Shown in pieces: positions 38,066-50,922 of a stretch of DNA of 64,000 bases. Where the stretch lies: NCBI RefSeq assembly GCF_963921235.1, contig NC_086107.1:101000001-101064000 (forward strand). The letters are read 5' to 3'. The notes below the pieces were generated by a model. The model saw nothing but the letters and a program-made list of their open reading frames with translations, did not search any database and was not told where the DNA came from. How positions within the stretch are numbered: the first letter of the stretch is position 1; the number at the start of each line of letters is the position of its first letter. The DNA is from Mobula hypostoma. Taxonomy: Eukaryota. The translations under genes were made by a program, and so were the position numbers.

Positions 38066-41000
38066 GCCCCACCTCCCCCTCGTACCCCAGCTGTTACTCA
38101 TTTTTATGCACACATTCTTTCTCTCACTCTTTTTCTCCCTCTGTCCCTCTGAATATACCTCTTGCCCATCCTCTGGGTCACCCCCCCCCCCGTCTTTCTC
38201 CCTAGGCCTCCTGTCCCATGATCCTCTCGTATCCCCTTTTGCCTATCACCTGTCCAGCTCTCGGCTCTATCCCTCCCCCTCCTGTCTTCTCCTATCATTT
38301 TGCATCTCCCCCTCCCCCTCCAGCTTTCAAATCCCTTACTCTCTGCAGCCTCTTATGTTCCTGTGCATTGGAACGTGTGTACCCGGCCGCAATGTTCTTC
38401 ATTGTACATCTCTCGAGGTTGGTCAGTCTTCAATGACCTGCCAAATCTCCTCAAACTTCCAGGAAAGTAGAGACACTGACACACCACCTTCCTGGTTGCA
38501 TCAATGTTCTGGGCCCAGGGTAGGTCTTCCAACATGTTGACACACAAGCTGCTCGGTATCTCCACCGCAGCAAGGACTGGTGTATGTTCTTCTGACTTGC
38601 CCCTCCAAAAGTCCACAATCAGTTCCTTGGTCTTGCTGACATTGAGCACTAAGCTATTGTTGTGACACCACTCACCAGCTGATCTATCTCGCTCCTGTAT
38701 GCCTCCTCATCACCACCTCTGATACAGTGGTGTCACTGGCAAACTTGTAGATTTGTCCGAGGCACACCGTTGTAGGTTGACAAAGAGTAGAGCAAAGGCT
38801 GAGCATGCATCCCCGAGGTGCATCTGTGTGAATAGTGAGGAGGAGGAGGCGACGTTTCTAATCTGCACTGACTGTGCGCTGAGTAAGGAACTTGAGAACC
38901 TCGTTACAGAGGGAGGTACAGTAGCCTAGGTCTTGGAATTTGAAAATAAGTTTTGAATGAACGATGGTGATAAACGCTGAGCTGTAGTCAGTGAAAAACA
39001 GCCTGACAATGAAGGGCTCTACAACTCATGTTCTCAGTATTATTTATCCATTGGTTTGTTTTTTTTCGCGTATTTGCGCAGTTTGTCTTTTGCACATTGG
39101 TTGCTGGTCAGTCTTTTGAATCAGAATCGGGTTTATTATTACCGGCATGTGTCATGAAATTTGTTAAATTTGTGTGCAGTTTTTCATTAATTCTATTGTA
39201 TTTCTTTGTTCTACCGTGAATGCCCACAAAAAATGAATCTCAGGGATCTATTTGGTGACATATATGTACGTTGATAATAAATTTACTTTGAACTTTGCCC
39301 CTCTCACCTGAAACCTATGTCCTCTGTTTTTGTTTCCTTTTCCCTTGTGTGCTTTGCCCTCTCATGATCTTATACACCTCTATAAGGTCACCCCTCAAGG
39401 TATAGAGTCCTAATCTGTCCAGCCTCTCCCTGTAGCTCAGCTCCTTGAGTTCTGGTAACATTCTTGAAAACTTCTTTGCACTCCTTCCAGCTTAATGGTG
39501 TTTTTCCTATGATAGGGTCATCGAAGCTGCACACAATACTCCAATCCACTTTGTTCTACATTACCAAAACGTCAGGGGTTGAGACCTTGGTCCACCATTT
39601 TCTCTGGCCTGCTCAGCCAAACTACCACCTTGACCTTTGAACCGGGTCCAATTAAAGCACCTTCTACTTCTCCCACCTTTGTGCCCCTCTGATGTTGCTC
39701 TCACCCCTGGTCCTTAAACACCAGTTAAAGTTTAGTGAACTTTGAGATAACTGTTGGCTTCCTTCCTCTTCTGCAGGCTGTTCATTTAAACCCCTCTCCC
39801 CGCAGGGTTCCATCCTCACATCCAATATGCAAGGAGCTCGGGAAATTTGTTGTGACTACAGCTGAGATCTTCTTGTGACCGGCCTCTGCAGCTTCCCTTC
39901 CTTCTCACCGTCCTGGCTGCCCCAATTACTCAAGTTTTCTCCGGCTCTTACTCCAACCTCCTTCCATCTGCTTCTGTTTTTGTCTCCACAGGACTTCTCC
40001 ACCAGGTCCATTTCCCCATTCCTTGACCCTTTCCCACTAAACACACCACCCTGACTTCCTTCATGGCTTCCAGGTTAGCTGATGTCCACAGTTCTCTCTC
40101 CCCTTCTGATCAGTTGTCATCACCTTTTCCGCAAAGGACAACCTGTACTGCTGCTTTGTGAAGCACCTTCCCATTTCTGGACTATAATTCCTGTTCACCT
40201 TTTTCCAGAATCTGAATTATGGGGTTCTAGAGACACTGTGACCCTTCGGTCCACTGAGTCTGTACTGACCATCAACTGCCCATTTGCACCTCCTCTACTT
40301 TAATCCTGTTTTGCTGTCTCCACGTTCCCATCAACTCTCCCCAGCTTCTACCGCTCACCTACAGTCTAGGAGCAATTTACAGCAGCCAGTTAACGCACCA
40401 ACCTGCACATCTTTGGGATGTAGGAGGAAGCCAGAGCAGAGCACCTGGAGGAAACCCACACGGTCACAGGGAGACAGAGAGAACCTGTAAACTCCAAACA
40501 GACAGCACCTGAGGTCAGGACTGTGGAGATGTGGTGCTGTGCCTCCGGATTAAGTCTCTCCCATGTCACGACACCCTTACAACACTTATCAGGGTCAGTA
40601 ATGAGATCTCGTTTGATTAAATCAAATCAAATCACATTTAATTATCATTCAAAACATACTTAGCTATAACTGAACGAGAGAGTGTTCCTCTGGGGCCAAG
40701 GTGCAAAACATTCAAAGTAGCAAGGAAACATTCAAAAATAGTGAGTAACATAATTCAAAACACAAATACAAAATACAAAGATAATATTTTCCTGGGGTGG
40801 CAGGGTGGAGACACGTCTTTACCAAAGGAGGTGGAAGGCACTCCTTCTCTCTGCTAGCCTGTGGATCACCGTTGGGCAAGGTGTTAGCACCTGCTCAGCC
40901 CCCTGATCAAGGGCACGTGAAGCCCTGGGAGCAGATGGTGGATGGTGGTATGAGCAGCTGGTGCAGATCACAAGTCCTGGTTATGTGACCACTGATGCCA

Positions 41001-41164
41001 GGCAGACAATCTCTAAAGAGTATTGATAATGGCTGGGGTCACCCATCTTGTAAGGACTGGCAATGGCATGCCACTTCTGTAGAAAAATTTGCCAAGAACA
41101 ATTATGGTCATGGAAAGACCACAATCGCCCATGCCATACAACATGGTCATAACAAACGGATGAA

Positions 41165-41430
41165 TATTTTCCTCCTTGATCTTTCTATGGCCTTTGACAT
41201 GATTGACTACACCCTCCTTCTCCAAAGCCATTACTTAAGTCGCTACGTCTGGGTACGTTTGGTTCCTTTTTTCCAACCATAGACTGAGAATCACTTTCAA
41301 CGACTTCTCTTCCCAAGGTCTTAGCTTCTTCCTGACTCGGTCCATAAGCTGCACCTTAGCCGCAATGTCCAAAAACGTAGCGTCCATACATTTGCTGGTG
41401 ATACCGCCACAGACCCTCCATCACCATGGG
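41165..41430 (+). mobile_element. Ancient L2-like LINE remnant (probably continuing from ~39580-40200)
   Basis: LLDLSMAFDMIDYTLLL resembles the L2 RT motif LLDLSAAFDTVDH. Confidence 0.55.
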
Positions 41431-42894
41431 ATACATTAGGGTATTGGTGGTGCAGAAGTTAAGTTACTGGCCTAGCAACTCAGAAGACCAGAAATGCAGA
41501 TCAAATCCTACTATGACAGGCGTGGAAAATGAAAAGATCCTCCAGCACTTTGTGTGTGTTACTTAAAGGCAATGCCAATTTTTCTTTCTGCGTCCCGGAA
41601 TAAGACAGCCAGCTTCCCTTGTACTTGGTTCCTTAGTGGCCATTTCAAATCATTGTCAGCTGATGGTCAGAGAGGGGGCTAGAAGGTCATCTTGTGCCTA
41701 GCATGACACCAGCATTGTGGACGGTGCGGTTTCATTTCAGGCTGAGGCCAGGCAGAGCGATGTTCTCAGTGACTGCTCTGCCTGCTGTGTTACTGTAGCT
41801 CTTCTAACTTGTCCCAGAGTGCTTTACAGCCAGTGTAACGTAGCCACTGCAGGGTCTCAGTCGGGAATTTGTCGAAGGCAGCTCTCACAAACAGCTGCTT
41901 GTTAGTTTCCAAAGTAATCCGCCTTGTAATGATTTAAGCCTGAGCTAAAACTTGGACAAGGGCAGGAGGTGTACAGGTCTCCCTTCCTACTGCACTGCAA
42001 TGCCACCATGGAGCTTTATATTCACTCCCCAGACTGCAGCTTGACCCCCAGGGTAAAGAAGGCTTGCGTCATAGACCTCAGCTAGCACTTTGCTGCTGGA
42101 GTTCCTCAGGGCTGTGCCTCAGCTGTCATTTCATGAGTGATCCTTAAGACACGGAGGTTCAAAGTTCAAAGTACACTTATTACCTAATTATACAACCTTG
42201 GGATGTGTCTGCTTACAGGCAGTTCATCACCACCTTCTCAAGGGCAACTAGGGATGGGCAATAAATGCTGGCTTAGCTGGCAATGCCCACATCCCATAAA
42301 TGAATAAAAAAAACCCCAAAAGAATCCATGAAAAGAAATCTCATAGAACATAGAAAATCTACAGCCCGTTACAGGCCCTTCGGCCCACAATGTTGTACCG
42401 ACCATGTATCCTACTCTAGAAACAGCCCAGAATTTCCTTACCGCATAGCCCTCTATTTTTCTAAGCTCCATGTACCTATCTAAGAGTCTGTTAAAAGACC
42501 CTATTGTATCCGCCTCCACCACCGTTGCCGGCAGTGCATCCCACGTACCCACCATTCTCTGTGTGAAAAACTTCCCTCTGACATCCCCTCTTGTACTTAC
42601 TTCCAAGCACCTTAAAACTATGCCCCCTTGTGTCAAACACCCTATGTGCAGAGGGAGAGAAAAAAAAGCAACCAAAAACCAAAATTGCATAAATTGTGCG
42701 AGCACAAAAAGTAAGCAAGTAGCATTTAAAATGAAAGTGAGCCCTTAGTCACAAAACCTGGAGCAGCCAGAGCATGGTGACAGCCTTAGTTCAGCGCAGA
42801 GCGGAGTAAACATCAAGGAGCCCACAGACACGAAATCCGGAGCAGGCCCACAGACTCAGCCTCAGTTCAGCGCAGAGCGGAGTAAACATCAAGG

Positions 42895-43236
42895 CAGACA
42901 TCCCACCCTGCAAAAACTCATTTCAGGGAGGTAGCACCATCAATTTCCGGGAGAGGTGGGATGTCTGCAATAGAGTAGCTCCTTAGCAGCTAGCCAGCAA
43001 GTTTAAATAATGTTAGCTATGCTAATGAACAAATGACACCTGTTAAACTCACCTCAACATGTCTTTTACAGTCTTAACCCACCATGGGCAATAGAAAAGT
43101 CACTGTTGCAAACAGTGCAGCGAGCAACACTGTCATTATTTTTGACCCCTATCAGGCAGGGGTACACTTTAGTGTAGTCTGGGGTGAGGTACGTTTTATA
43201 TTTTTTTTTGGAACAGCTCTGCCATGGCGCGCACGT

Positions 43237-43271
<35 letters not shown>

Positions 43272-43448
43272 CTCTCTCTCTCTCTCTCTCTCTCGTGGTC
43301 GCTGTCACGCTCGCTCTCTCGTTCTCTCTTGCTTTCTCTCTCTCAAAAAAATTGATTTCCGGGATATTGTATATAATTTGCGGGCATCAGGGACCCACGA
43401 TTAATATGCGGGAGACTCCCGGAACTTCCGGGAGAGGTGGGATGTCTG
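42895..43448 (-). mobile_element. Non-autonomous hAT-like DNA transposon with a zinc-finger remnant
   Basis: TIR CAGACATCCCACC/GGTGGGATGTCTG. Peptide ARCTVCNSDFSIAHGG. Internal (CT)n tract. Confidence 0.75.
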
Positions 43449-44239
43449 TCGAGGAACCAGCAGACACGAAATCCAGAGCAGGCCTACAGCCTGGGCCTCA
43501 ATACACCACAGAGCGTAGTAAACGTTACAAAGCAGAACCGGCCTGACCCTCGCCTCTGGTCTAGGCACCCTGCCTTTTCAATCCGCCCGGTGTGCTGGTT
43601 ATAGGCGCTTCACTCGCTCTGCAGTGGTCCGGATGATCCTGCGTGCCAGGCCCTGCTTCACACCCCCAGGTGTTGCTAGTACGTCATGACACTTGACCCT
43701 CCGGCAATGAGCTCCAGCAGAAGGAGGAGCCTGACAAAATCATCTCAAAGTAGAATGGTACTACGATCACCATTGTTGCCTGAGGGCTTCTACAGACCTG
43801 AGACTCATTGCAGGGAACTGCAAGTCCCACGCCACCAAGTTCAGGAACAGTTATTACTCCTCAACCATCAGGTTCCTGAACCAGCAGGGATAACTTCATT
43901 CACCAACTGTGAACTGATTCCACAACCTACAAATTCACTTTCAAGGACTAGTCAACTCACATTCTCAATATTATTTTTTATCAGTCGTCTTTTTTCTACA
44001 TTAGTTGTTTGCCTGTCATTATTTGAGTGCAGCTTTTCATTGATTCTGTTGTATTTCTCTGACTGACCGTGCTTTGATAGTAAATTTACCTTGAACTTTA
44101 AACAACTCCATATATGTTTTATTTTGCATAACTTGTCTTCTTTTGCGCATTGGTTGTTTGTCAGTCTCTGTTTATATATAGTTTTCCACAAATTCTGTTG
44201 TATTTCTTTATTTTCTTGTAAATGCCTGCAAGTAAATGA

Positions 44240-44945
44240 ATCTAAGCTGACATGTTGTACTTTTAGAGATGCTCTTCTGCACATAACTGATGTAATCGTC
44301 TATTTGAGTTACTGTCGTCTTCCTATCAGCTAGAACCAATCTGGCTATTCTCTTCTGACCTCTCTCATTAAGAAGGCATTTTTACCCACAGTGGCCAAGT
44401 GGTTAAGGCGTTTGTCTAGTGATCTGAAGGTCGCTAGTTCAAGCCTCAGCTGTGGCAGCGTGTTTGTGTCCTTGAGCAAGGCACTTAACCACACATTGCT
44501 CTATTGTCTGTGCGAGGAGTGGCGCCCCACACAGACTTCCAATCTGCGTCTTGTAAGGCATGAAAATGCCCAACGCAGGCCTCTCATGGTCTGAGTCGAC
44601 ATTCCCCCCTTTTGTCCACAGAACTGCTGCTCACTGGATGTTTGTTTTGTTTCTCACACCATTCTCTGTAAACTCTAGAAACTGTTGTGCGTGAAAATCC
44701 CAGGAGATCAGCAGGTTCTGAGATATTCAAACCACCCCATCTGGCACCAACAATCATTCCACGGTCCAAGTTACTTAATGACATTTCTTCCCCGTTCTGA
44801 TGTTTAGCCTGAACAACAATTGAACCTCTTGACCATGTCTGCATGCTTTTATGCACTGAGTTGCTGCCACATGATTGGTTGATTAGATATTTGAATTAAC
44901 GAGGAGATGTACAAGTGTACCTAATAAAATGGCTACCAAGTGTAT
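44240..44945 (-). mobile_element. Tc1-like transposon fragment with a nested tRNA SINE (44390-44605)
   Basis: HTH peptide LDRGMIVGARWGGLNISEPADLLGFSRTTVSRVYREW. TIR-like gtacctaataaaatggctac end. Confidence 0.8.
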
Positions 44946-45199
44946 ATGTACTCAGATAATAAATTAACTTTGACTTTGAGATTTACCTGGAGAAGCAACT
45001 CTAATACTGTGACTGCAAGAGCAAAGGTTGGGTACTCTCTGGACACCAGCTCACCTACCGACTTCCCAGAGGCACAGCTTTGGAATATGCTCCTTGTGCA
45101 GGCAAAAGAAATCATTTGAATAATGTTGACATGTCGTCTGGCATCTTCCCCACCTCCAGTGCCAATGCGCCCACAAAGGCTTTGCCCAAGCCCACTTTA

Positions 45200-45990
45200 G
45201 ACCATAAGACATAGGAGCAGAATTAGGCCATTCAGCCCATCGAGTCTGCTCCGCCATTCCATCATGGCCGAACCTGGATCCCACTCGACCCCATACACCT
45301 GCCTTTTGGCTATGTCCTTTGACGCCCTGACCGATCAGGAAGCTATCAACTTCCACCTTAAATATACCCACGGACTTGGCTCCCAGCAGTCTGTGGCAGA
45401 GCATTCCACAGATTTACCACACTCTGGTTAAAAAAAAAATCCTCTTTCCCTCTGTTTTAAAGCGCCGCCCCTCTATTTTGAGGCTGTGCCCTCTAGTTCT
45501 GGATACCCCCACCACTGGAAACATCCTCTCCACATCCATCCTGTCTAGTCCTTTCAACATTTGGTAGGTTTCAATGAGATCTCCATGCATTCTAATAAAT
45601 TACAGTGAGTACAGGTCGAAAGCTGCCAAAGGTTAACCCCTTCATTCCTGGAATCATCCTCATGAACTACTCTAAACTCTCTCCAATGACACATCCTTTC
45701 TGAGATATGCAGCCCAAAACAGTTGACAGTACTCTAAGTGTGGCCTGACTAGTGTCTTATAAAGACTCCGCATTATCTCCTTGCTTTTATATTCTATTCC
45801 CCTTGAAATAAATGCCAAACTTGTACTTGCCTTCTATTGCACAGACTCAACCTGTAACTTAACCTCTGGGAGTCTTGCATGAGGACTCCTAAGTCCCTCT
45901 GCACCCCTGATGTTTGAACCTTCTCCCCATTTAGATAGTAGCCTGCACTATTGTTCCTTTTACTAAAACGCATTATCGTACATTTCCCAA
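45200..45990 (-). mobile_element. CR1 3' fragment (similar pieces near 1330-1865, 18250-18690, 29250-29660, 32660-33080, 42343-42635, 47080-47625, 58915-59185)
   Basis: Shared tail ataggagcagaattaggccattc and CR1 ORF2 C-terminal peptides. Confidence 0.8.
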
Positions 45991-46147
45991 CATTTCATCC
46001 AGATGAATGGAGCAGAGAAACCCAGGGTTCCCCTCTGCATCATTACTGGAGTTGCATGTTGGTGTTTGATTGCCTTCTCACTTGCAACAGTTTGAAACGC
46101 CCAGATTTACTCCTTCATGTTTTGATTTGCGTCTGTCCATCATTCAG

Positions 46148-46216
46148 GTTGAAGCAAATTTCTCCGAACGGACTGCTCACCGAGAGAATGCTCGGACTTT
46201 CTCCAGGAGTGATCGG
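46148..46216 (+). CDS. Predicted internal exon VEANFSERTAHRENARTFSRSDR
   Basis: Acceptor gtctgtccatcattcag, donor gtcagt, 69 nt, phase 0-0. Confidence 0.78.
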
Positions 46217-48018
46217 GTCAGTGCTTTCACTTTTATCTTTTGTCTTGAGCGTGGCTCCCAGTGCGACAAAGCAGTCTTGTATCATGTGCCAAGATGTGTG
46301 ATAATCCCAATTAGTCATACTTGAGGCATAGCTACTGTTGAAACTCCACAGTCAGTTTGATCGTAATTATGGTCCCACAGAGAGCAATGTGATAGAAGCC
46401 AGATACTGTGCGTCAATGACAGTACCTGGGAGAACTCTGTTTTTCAAAGCAGTCTGACGGGACCTTTTACAATCAAGATTGGTCACCACATTAATCAGAA
46501 TCAGGTTTAACATCACCGGCACATGTCGTTAAAATTTGTTAACTTTGCAGCAGCAGTACAATGCAATACATAACAATAGAAAAAAATCATGAGCTGCAGT
46601 AGGTAATAGTTAAAATGGTTAAATTAAATAAGCAGTGCAAAATAAAAATAAAAAACTAGTGAGGTAGTGTTCATGGGTTCAATATCCATTCAGAGAACAG
46701 ATGGCAGAGGGGTAGACGCTGTTTCTGAATCATTGAGTTTGCGCCTTCAGGCTCCTGTACTTCCTTCCTGATGGTAGCGTTGTCCTTAATGATGGATGCC
46801 TCCTTTCTGAGGCATCACTCCTTGAAGATGTCCTGGATACTATGGAGGCTAGTGCCCACGATGGAGCTAAATTTACAACTCTCTGCAGCTTATTTTGATC
46901 CTGTGCAGTAGTTTCCCCCCCCTGCCCCCCACTCTTCCATACCAGACAGTGATGCAGCCAATTAGAATGCTCACCACAGTACATCTGTAGAAGTTTCCGA
47001 GTGTCTTTGGTGACGTACCAAATCTCCTCAAACTCCTAATGAAATATAGCTGCTGTCGTGCCTCCTTTGTAGCTGCATCGATATGCTGGGCTCAGGAGAG
47101 ATCCTGGGTGTAATATATCAATTACATCGAGGCTTTGGAGAGGGTGCAGAGGAGGTGAACCAGTACGTTGCCTGGATTGGACAGTATTAGCTATGAGGAA
47201 AGATGGGACAAACTTGGATTGTTTCTCTGGAAGTTTGAAGGCTGATAGAAGCACAGAAAATTATATCAGAATAAAATTATAGGAGTCATAGCTAGGGTGA
47301 GTAGTCTGAGTCTTTTACCCAAAGTGAAAAGGTCAAATACTGGAGAGCAGAGGTTTAACACGAGGTGGAAAAAGTCTAGAGGAAACTTACAAGCAAGTGT
47401 TTTTTACACAGAGTGGTAGGTACTCGGAATGTACTGCCAGGGAAGGTGGTAGAAGCAGATCTGAAAGCAACATTTATGAGGCATTTAGTCAGACACATGA
47501 ACAGGCAGGGAATAGAGGGATATGGACCATGTGTAGGTGGTAGATTAGTTTAAGTTGGCATCATGGTTGGCACAAATATAGTGGGCTGAAGGGCCTGTTT
47601 CTGTGCTGTATTGTCCATTGTTCTAAGAAATTATGTTTTGAAGCTGATGGATGTTTTGGTTACAATTTTCCAAGATGTTATAGACCATGGAGTGATTCCT
47701 GCAGATTAATAGTCTAAGACTTTGACTGTACTCTTTTCCATATATGCTGCCTGACCTGCTGAGTTCCACCAGCACTTTGTGTGTGTTGCCATCCAAGTCA
47801 TCTTCCCTTTGTCCTGTCCCACTCTCTCTGCTGCTGATCACTTACTTACCCGGATATGACAAAGGGTTTCCAACCTGAAACTTTAATTGGCCACAGATGC
47901 TGCCGGACCTGCTGAGTGTTTCCGACATTTTCCGTTTTTATTTCAGATTTCTGACACCTGCGGGTTTTTAGTTTTCAGTGTCTACTGTACGATAAACATT
48001 CAATTGTCTGCCATTCAG

Positions 48019-48087
48019 GTGGATATAAATATTTCTTCATCAGAAGAACAAAATTCATACACAAGGGCTTTTCCCAGAAGAGACAGG
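48019..48087 (+). CDS. Predicted internal exon VDINISSSEEQNSYTRAFPRRDR (GC donor)
   Basis: Acceptor ttgtctgccattcag, 69 nt, paralog of 46148. Followed by gccagt where the paralog has gtcagt. Confidence 0.62.
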
Positions 48088-48977
48088 GCCAGTATGTGGA
48101 TTTGTTTTCTTAATTTAAGTGCGTCTTTCACAGCAAGAGAGAGAGCCTTGCCCTAAAATCCTCCCTTTGAAGTCATCAACATGTCCCAAATTGCTTTACA
48201 ACCAACAAAGTATCCTGAAGTTAATCACAGCATCAAAATACATTGAAGTTAATCAGGAAAAATATCAATAAGATCAAAAAATACAGAGAAAATTTCAAGG
48301 ATGTTGCCGGGACTTGGAGGGCCTGAATCACAGGAAGAAGTCGAAAAGGTTAGGACTTAGCGGGAGCGCAGTGTGCGCAGGGTCCTATGTATTAAGGATC
48401 CCACCCATCCGTCCAGCAACCTCTTTCACTTTTTACCATCAGGCAGAAGATTCGATGCATAAAAACGAGAACGGTCAGGGTGAGAAACAGTTTCTTCCCT
48501 CAGGCCATTAGGCTTCTGAACTCTCTGCCACATCACACTCAAAGTGTCACTGGTTAATCTGTTCTGTACCTTATCATATTTAATTTATGCACTTTAGTTT
48601 ATTTTATTTGTAATCAATCTATAGATTTTATCCTTACTTTCATAAGGATCCCTACATATCCTTACAACACACATCAAAGTCTCGGCCGGAAACGTCGACT
48701 GTACCTCTTCCTAGAGATGCTGCCTGGCCTGCTGCGTTCACCAGCAACTTTGATGTGTGTTGCTTGAATTTCCAGCATCTGCCTCTGATTTAAAATTCTC
48801 AGCTTGTTATCAAATCTTTTCATTAAATCCCATTTGAATTTATTTAAATCTTACATCCGTCTCACAACGTGAGGGAATAAAAATCCGTTGTAATGTACGT
48901 ACATGTGAATTTTTAAGTTTAATGGCTTGTAGAAAGAAGCTGTCCCATAGCCTGTTGGTCCAGGCTTTAATGCTGCA

Positions 48978-49405
48978 GTCGTCGTCATCATCGTGGCTAT
49001 CCCTCGAGGTCGAGGATGATGGTCTTCGTTCTGTTGATCAAGTGGCCCACAGAGCGAAGATGCCTGTGCGTGTATTTGTTTAACGTGTACTTGATGTTGC
49101 ACTCCAAGAAGCACACGGTACTTCACAAATCAACCATCTGATTCCAATGGCATGGAAACCATGATGATTGGAGCTGATGGATTTGTTGCAGCCTTCATCT
49201 GCCTTCACAGCCGTTGAGTTCGAAGTAACTTCGTCCACCTGTTCCACCGTTGAAGTCTTGGTTGGATTGTTCTTTGTCGGGGACCTCACCCTCGACCTTA
49301 CCGCTATGGGTGACCCTACCAGGAGCATAGCTCCAGACGGCATCATTCTCAGGATCACAGGACCACACAAGCTTCTCCACCGCGACAAGGTGACAATCCA
49401 CAGAG
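48978..49405 (-). mobile_element. Short RTE-related non-autonomous retroposon (a related 5' module lies at ~27735-28148)
   Basis: Reverse-complement 5' end caccttgtcgcggtggagaagcttgtgtgg resembles RTE (BovB/Expander) 5' UTRs. gat/gac triplet tail. Confidence 0.55.
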
Positions 49406-49813
49406 AAGAATGCTGCAGTACCGTTTGCCAGATGGAAGCAGCTGAAACAGTTTATGGTTGGGGTGGCTGGTGTCCCCAGTTATCTTCCAGGCCTTCATTG
49501 CACACCTGCTGCTGTTAATGTCCTCAGTGGAGGGAAGTTCACATCCACAGATGTGCTGGGCTATCCATTACTTCTGATCACCCCCAACCTCACCATTGTT
49601 CTGGCCTTCCCCAGCTCCTGTCTCCTGCATGTCACTGAATTTAATCCTGAGCATTTCTTCAGCTGCCAATCCCCCTGACTCTCTCTTCCCTGTAAGATTT
49701 TTTTAAAACCACCCCGTTTCCTACATTCCTCCTTATATGGCTCTCAATCGGCTTGAGTTTGATGGGATCCCTGCGGAAGACTTTGAGTCGTCTTCCTATC
49801 TTCAAGACAGAAT

Positions 49814-50645
49814 ATAAACTCAGTGGCCATTTTGTTGGGTCTCTCCTGTACACTGGGTGTATCTCGGTCTGTTTGTGATTTTCTGCTGCTGTAGCCCATC
49901 CACTATAAGGTGTGACGCGTCTGTACGTTCAGAGATGCTCTTCAGCACACCACTGTTGTAATGCGTGTTGATTTGAGTTACTGTCGCCTTCCTGTCAGCT
50001 TGAACCAGTCTGGCCATTCTCCTCTGACCTGTCCCATTAACAAAACATTTTCACCCACAGAACTGCCTCTCACTGGATGTTTTCTGTTTATTGCACCATC
50101 CTCTGTAAACTCCAGAGACTGGTGTGCATGAAAACCCCAGGAATTCTAAAATACTCAAATCACCCCATCTGATACCAACCATCATTCACAGTTAAAGTCA
50201 CTCAGCTCACATTTCTTCCCCCATTCTAATGTTTGGTCTGAGCAACAACTGAATCTGTTCCCTTGCCTGTGTGTTTTTATGCACAGAGTTTAAGAATAAG
50301 GGGTAGACAATTTAGAACGGAGTTGAGGAAAAACTTTTTCACACAGAGGGTTGTGGTTCTGTGGAATGCTCTGCCTCAGAAGGCAGTGGAGGCCAATTCT
50401 CTGGATTCTTTCAAGAAAGAGTTAGATAGAGCTTTTAAAGATAGTGGAGTGAAGGGATATGGGGAGAAGGCAGGAAAAGGATACTGATTGTGGATGATCA
50501 GCCATGATCACAGTGAATGGTGGTGCTGGTTCGAAGGCCTGAATGGCCTACTCCTGCACCTATTGTCTATTGAGTTGCTCCCACACGATTGGCTGATATT
50601 TGCATTAACGAGCAGGTGTATCTGATAAAGTAGCTACCGAATTGA
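49814..50645 (-). mobile_element. Internally deleted Tc1-like element with a nested CR1 3' fragment (~50283-50572)
   Basis: Ends actcagtggccatttt and ataaagtagctaccga. Peptide MARLVQADRKATVTQI. Confidence 0.75.
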
Positions 50646-50844
50646 ACATATGAGGTCATTGCCACAGGACCAGAGCTTGGTTTGAGGTACTCCAGTTTAA
50701 CGATACGGGTAACGCTGATCTGCGCTGTAAACATCACATAAGTACGGCCCCGTCTGGGAGAGTTGTTCCCTCTGGCTCTCCAAAGCCTGCACTAAGCCAA
50801 ACACTAACTCAGTCCCATTACTGTCTACCGTTTGTACCATCTAG

Positions 50845-50922
50845 GTGCCTACAAAGCTCAACTCAATAGAAGAAACAAGCTCTTGCATAGGATACCGTCA
50901 GTCTCCCCTCGCGAGCAATAAG
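50845..50922 (+). CDS. Predicted internal exon VPTKLNSIEETSSCIGYRQSPLASNK
   Basis: Acceptor tttgtaccatctag, donor gtcagg, 78 nt. Homologous to 24098 and 12687. Confidence 0.75.

Larger units (their letters stand above)
36411..38340. mobile_element. Young PLE fold-back insertion B inside a Rex1 LINE
   Basis: Minus arm 36411-~37448 and plus arm 37463-38340. TSD tactctctgcagcct at 36396-36410 and 38337-38351. Confidence 0.92.

Noticed and set aside
41741..41818. 78-nt candidate exon AEARQSDVLSDCSACCVTVALLTCPR
   Set aside because: The start and C15 resemble exon 32244, but the donor (gtgctt) is poor and falls in a Deu-SINE-like remnant.
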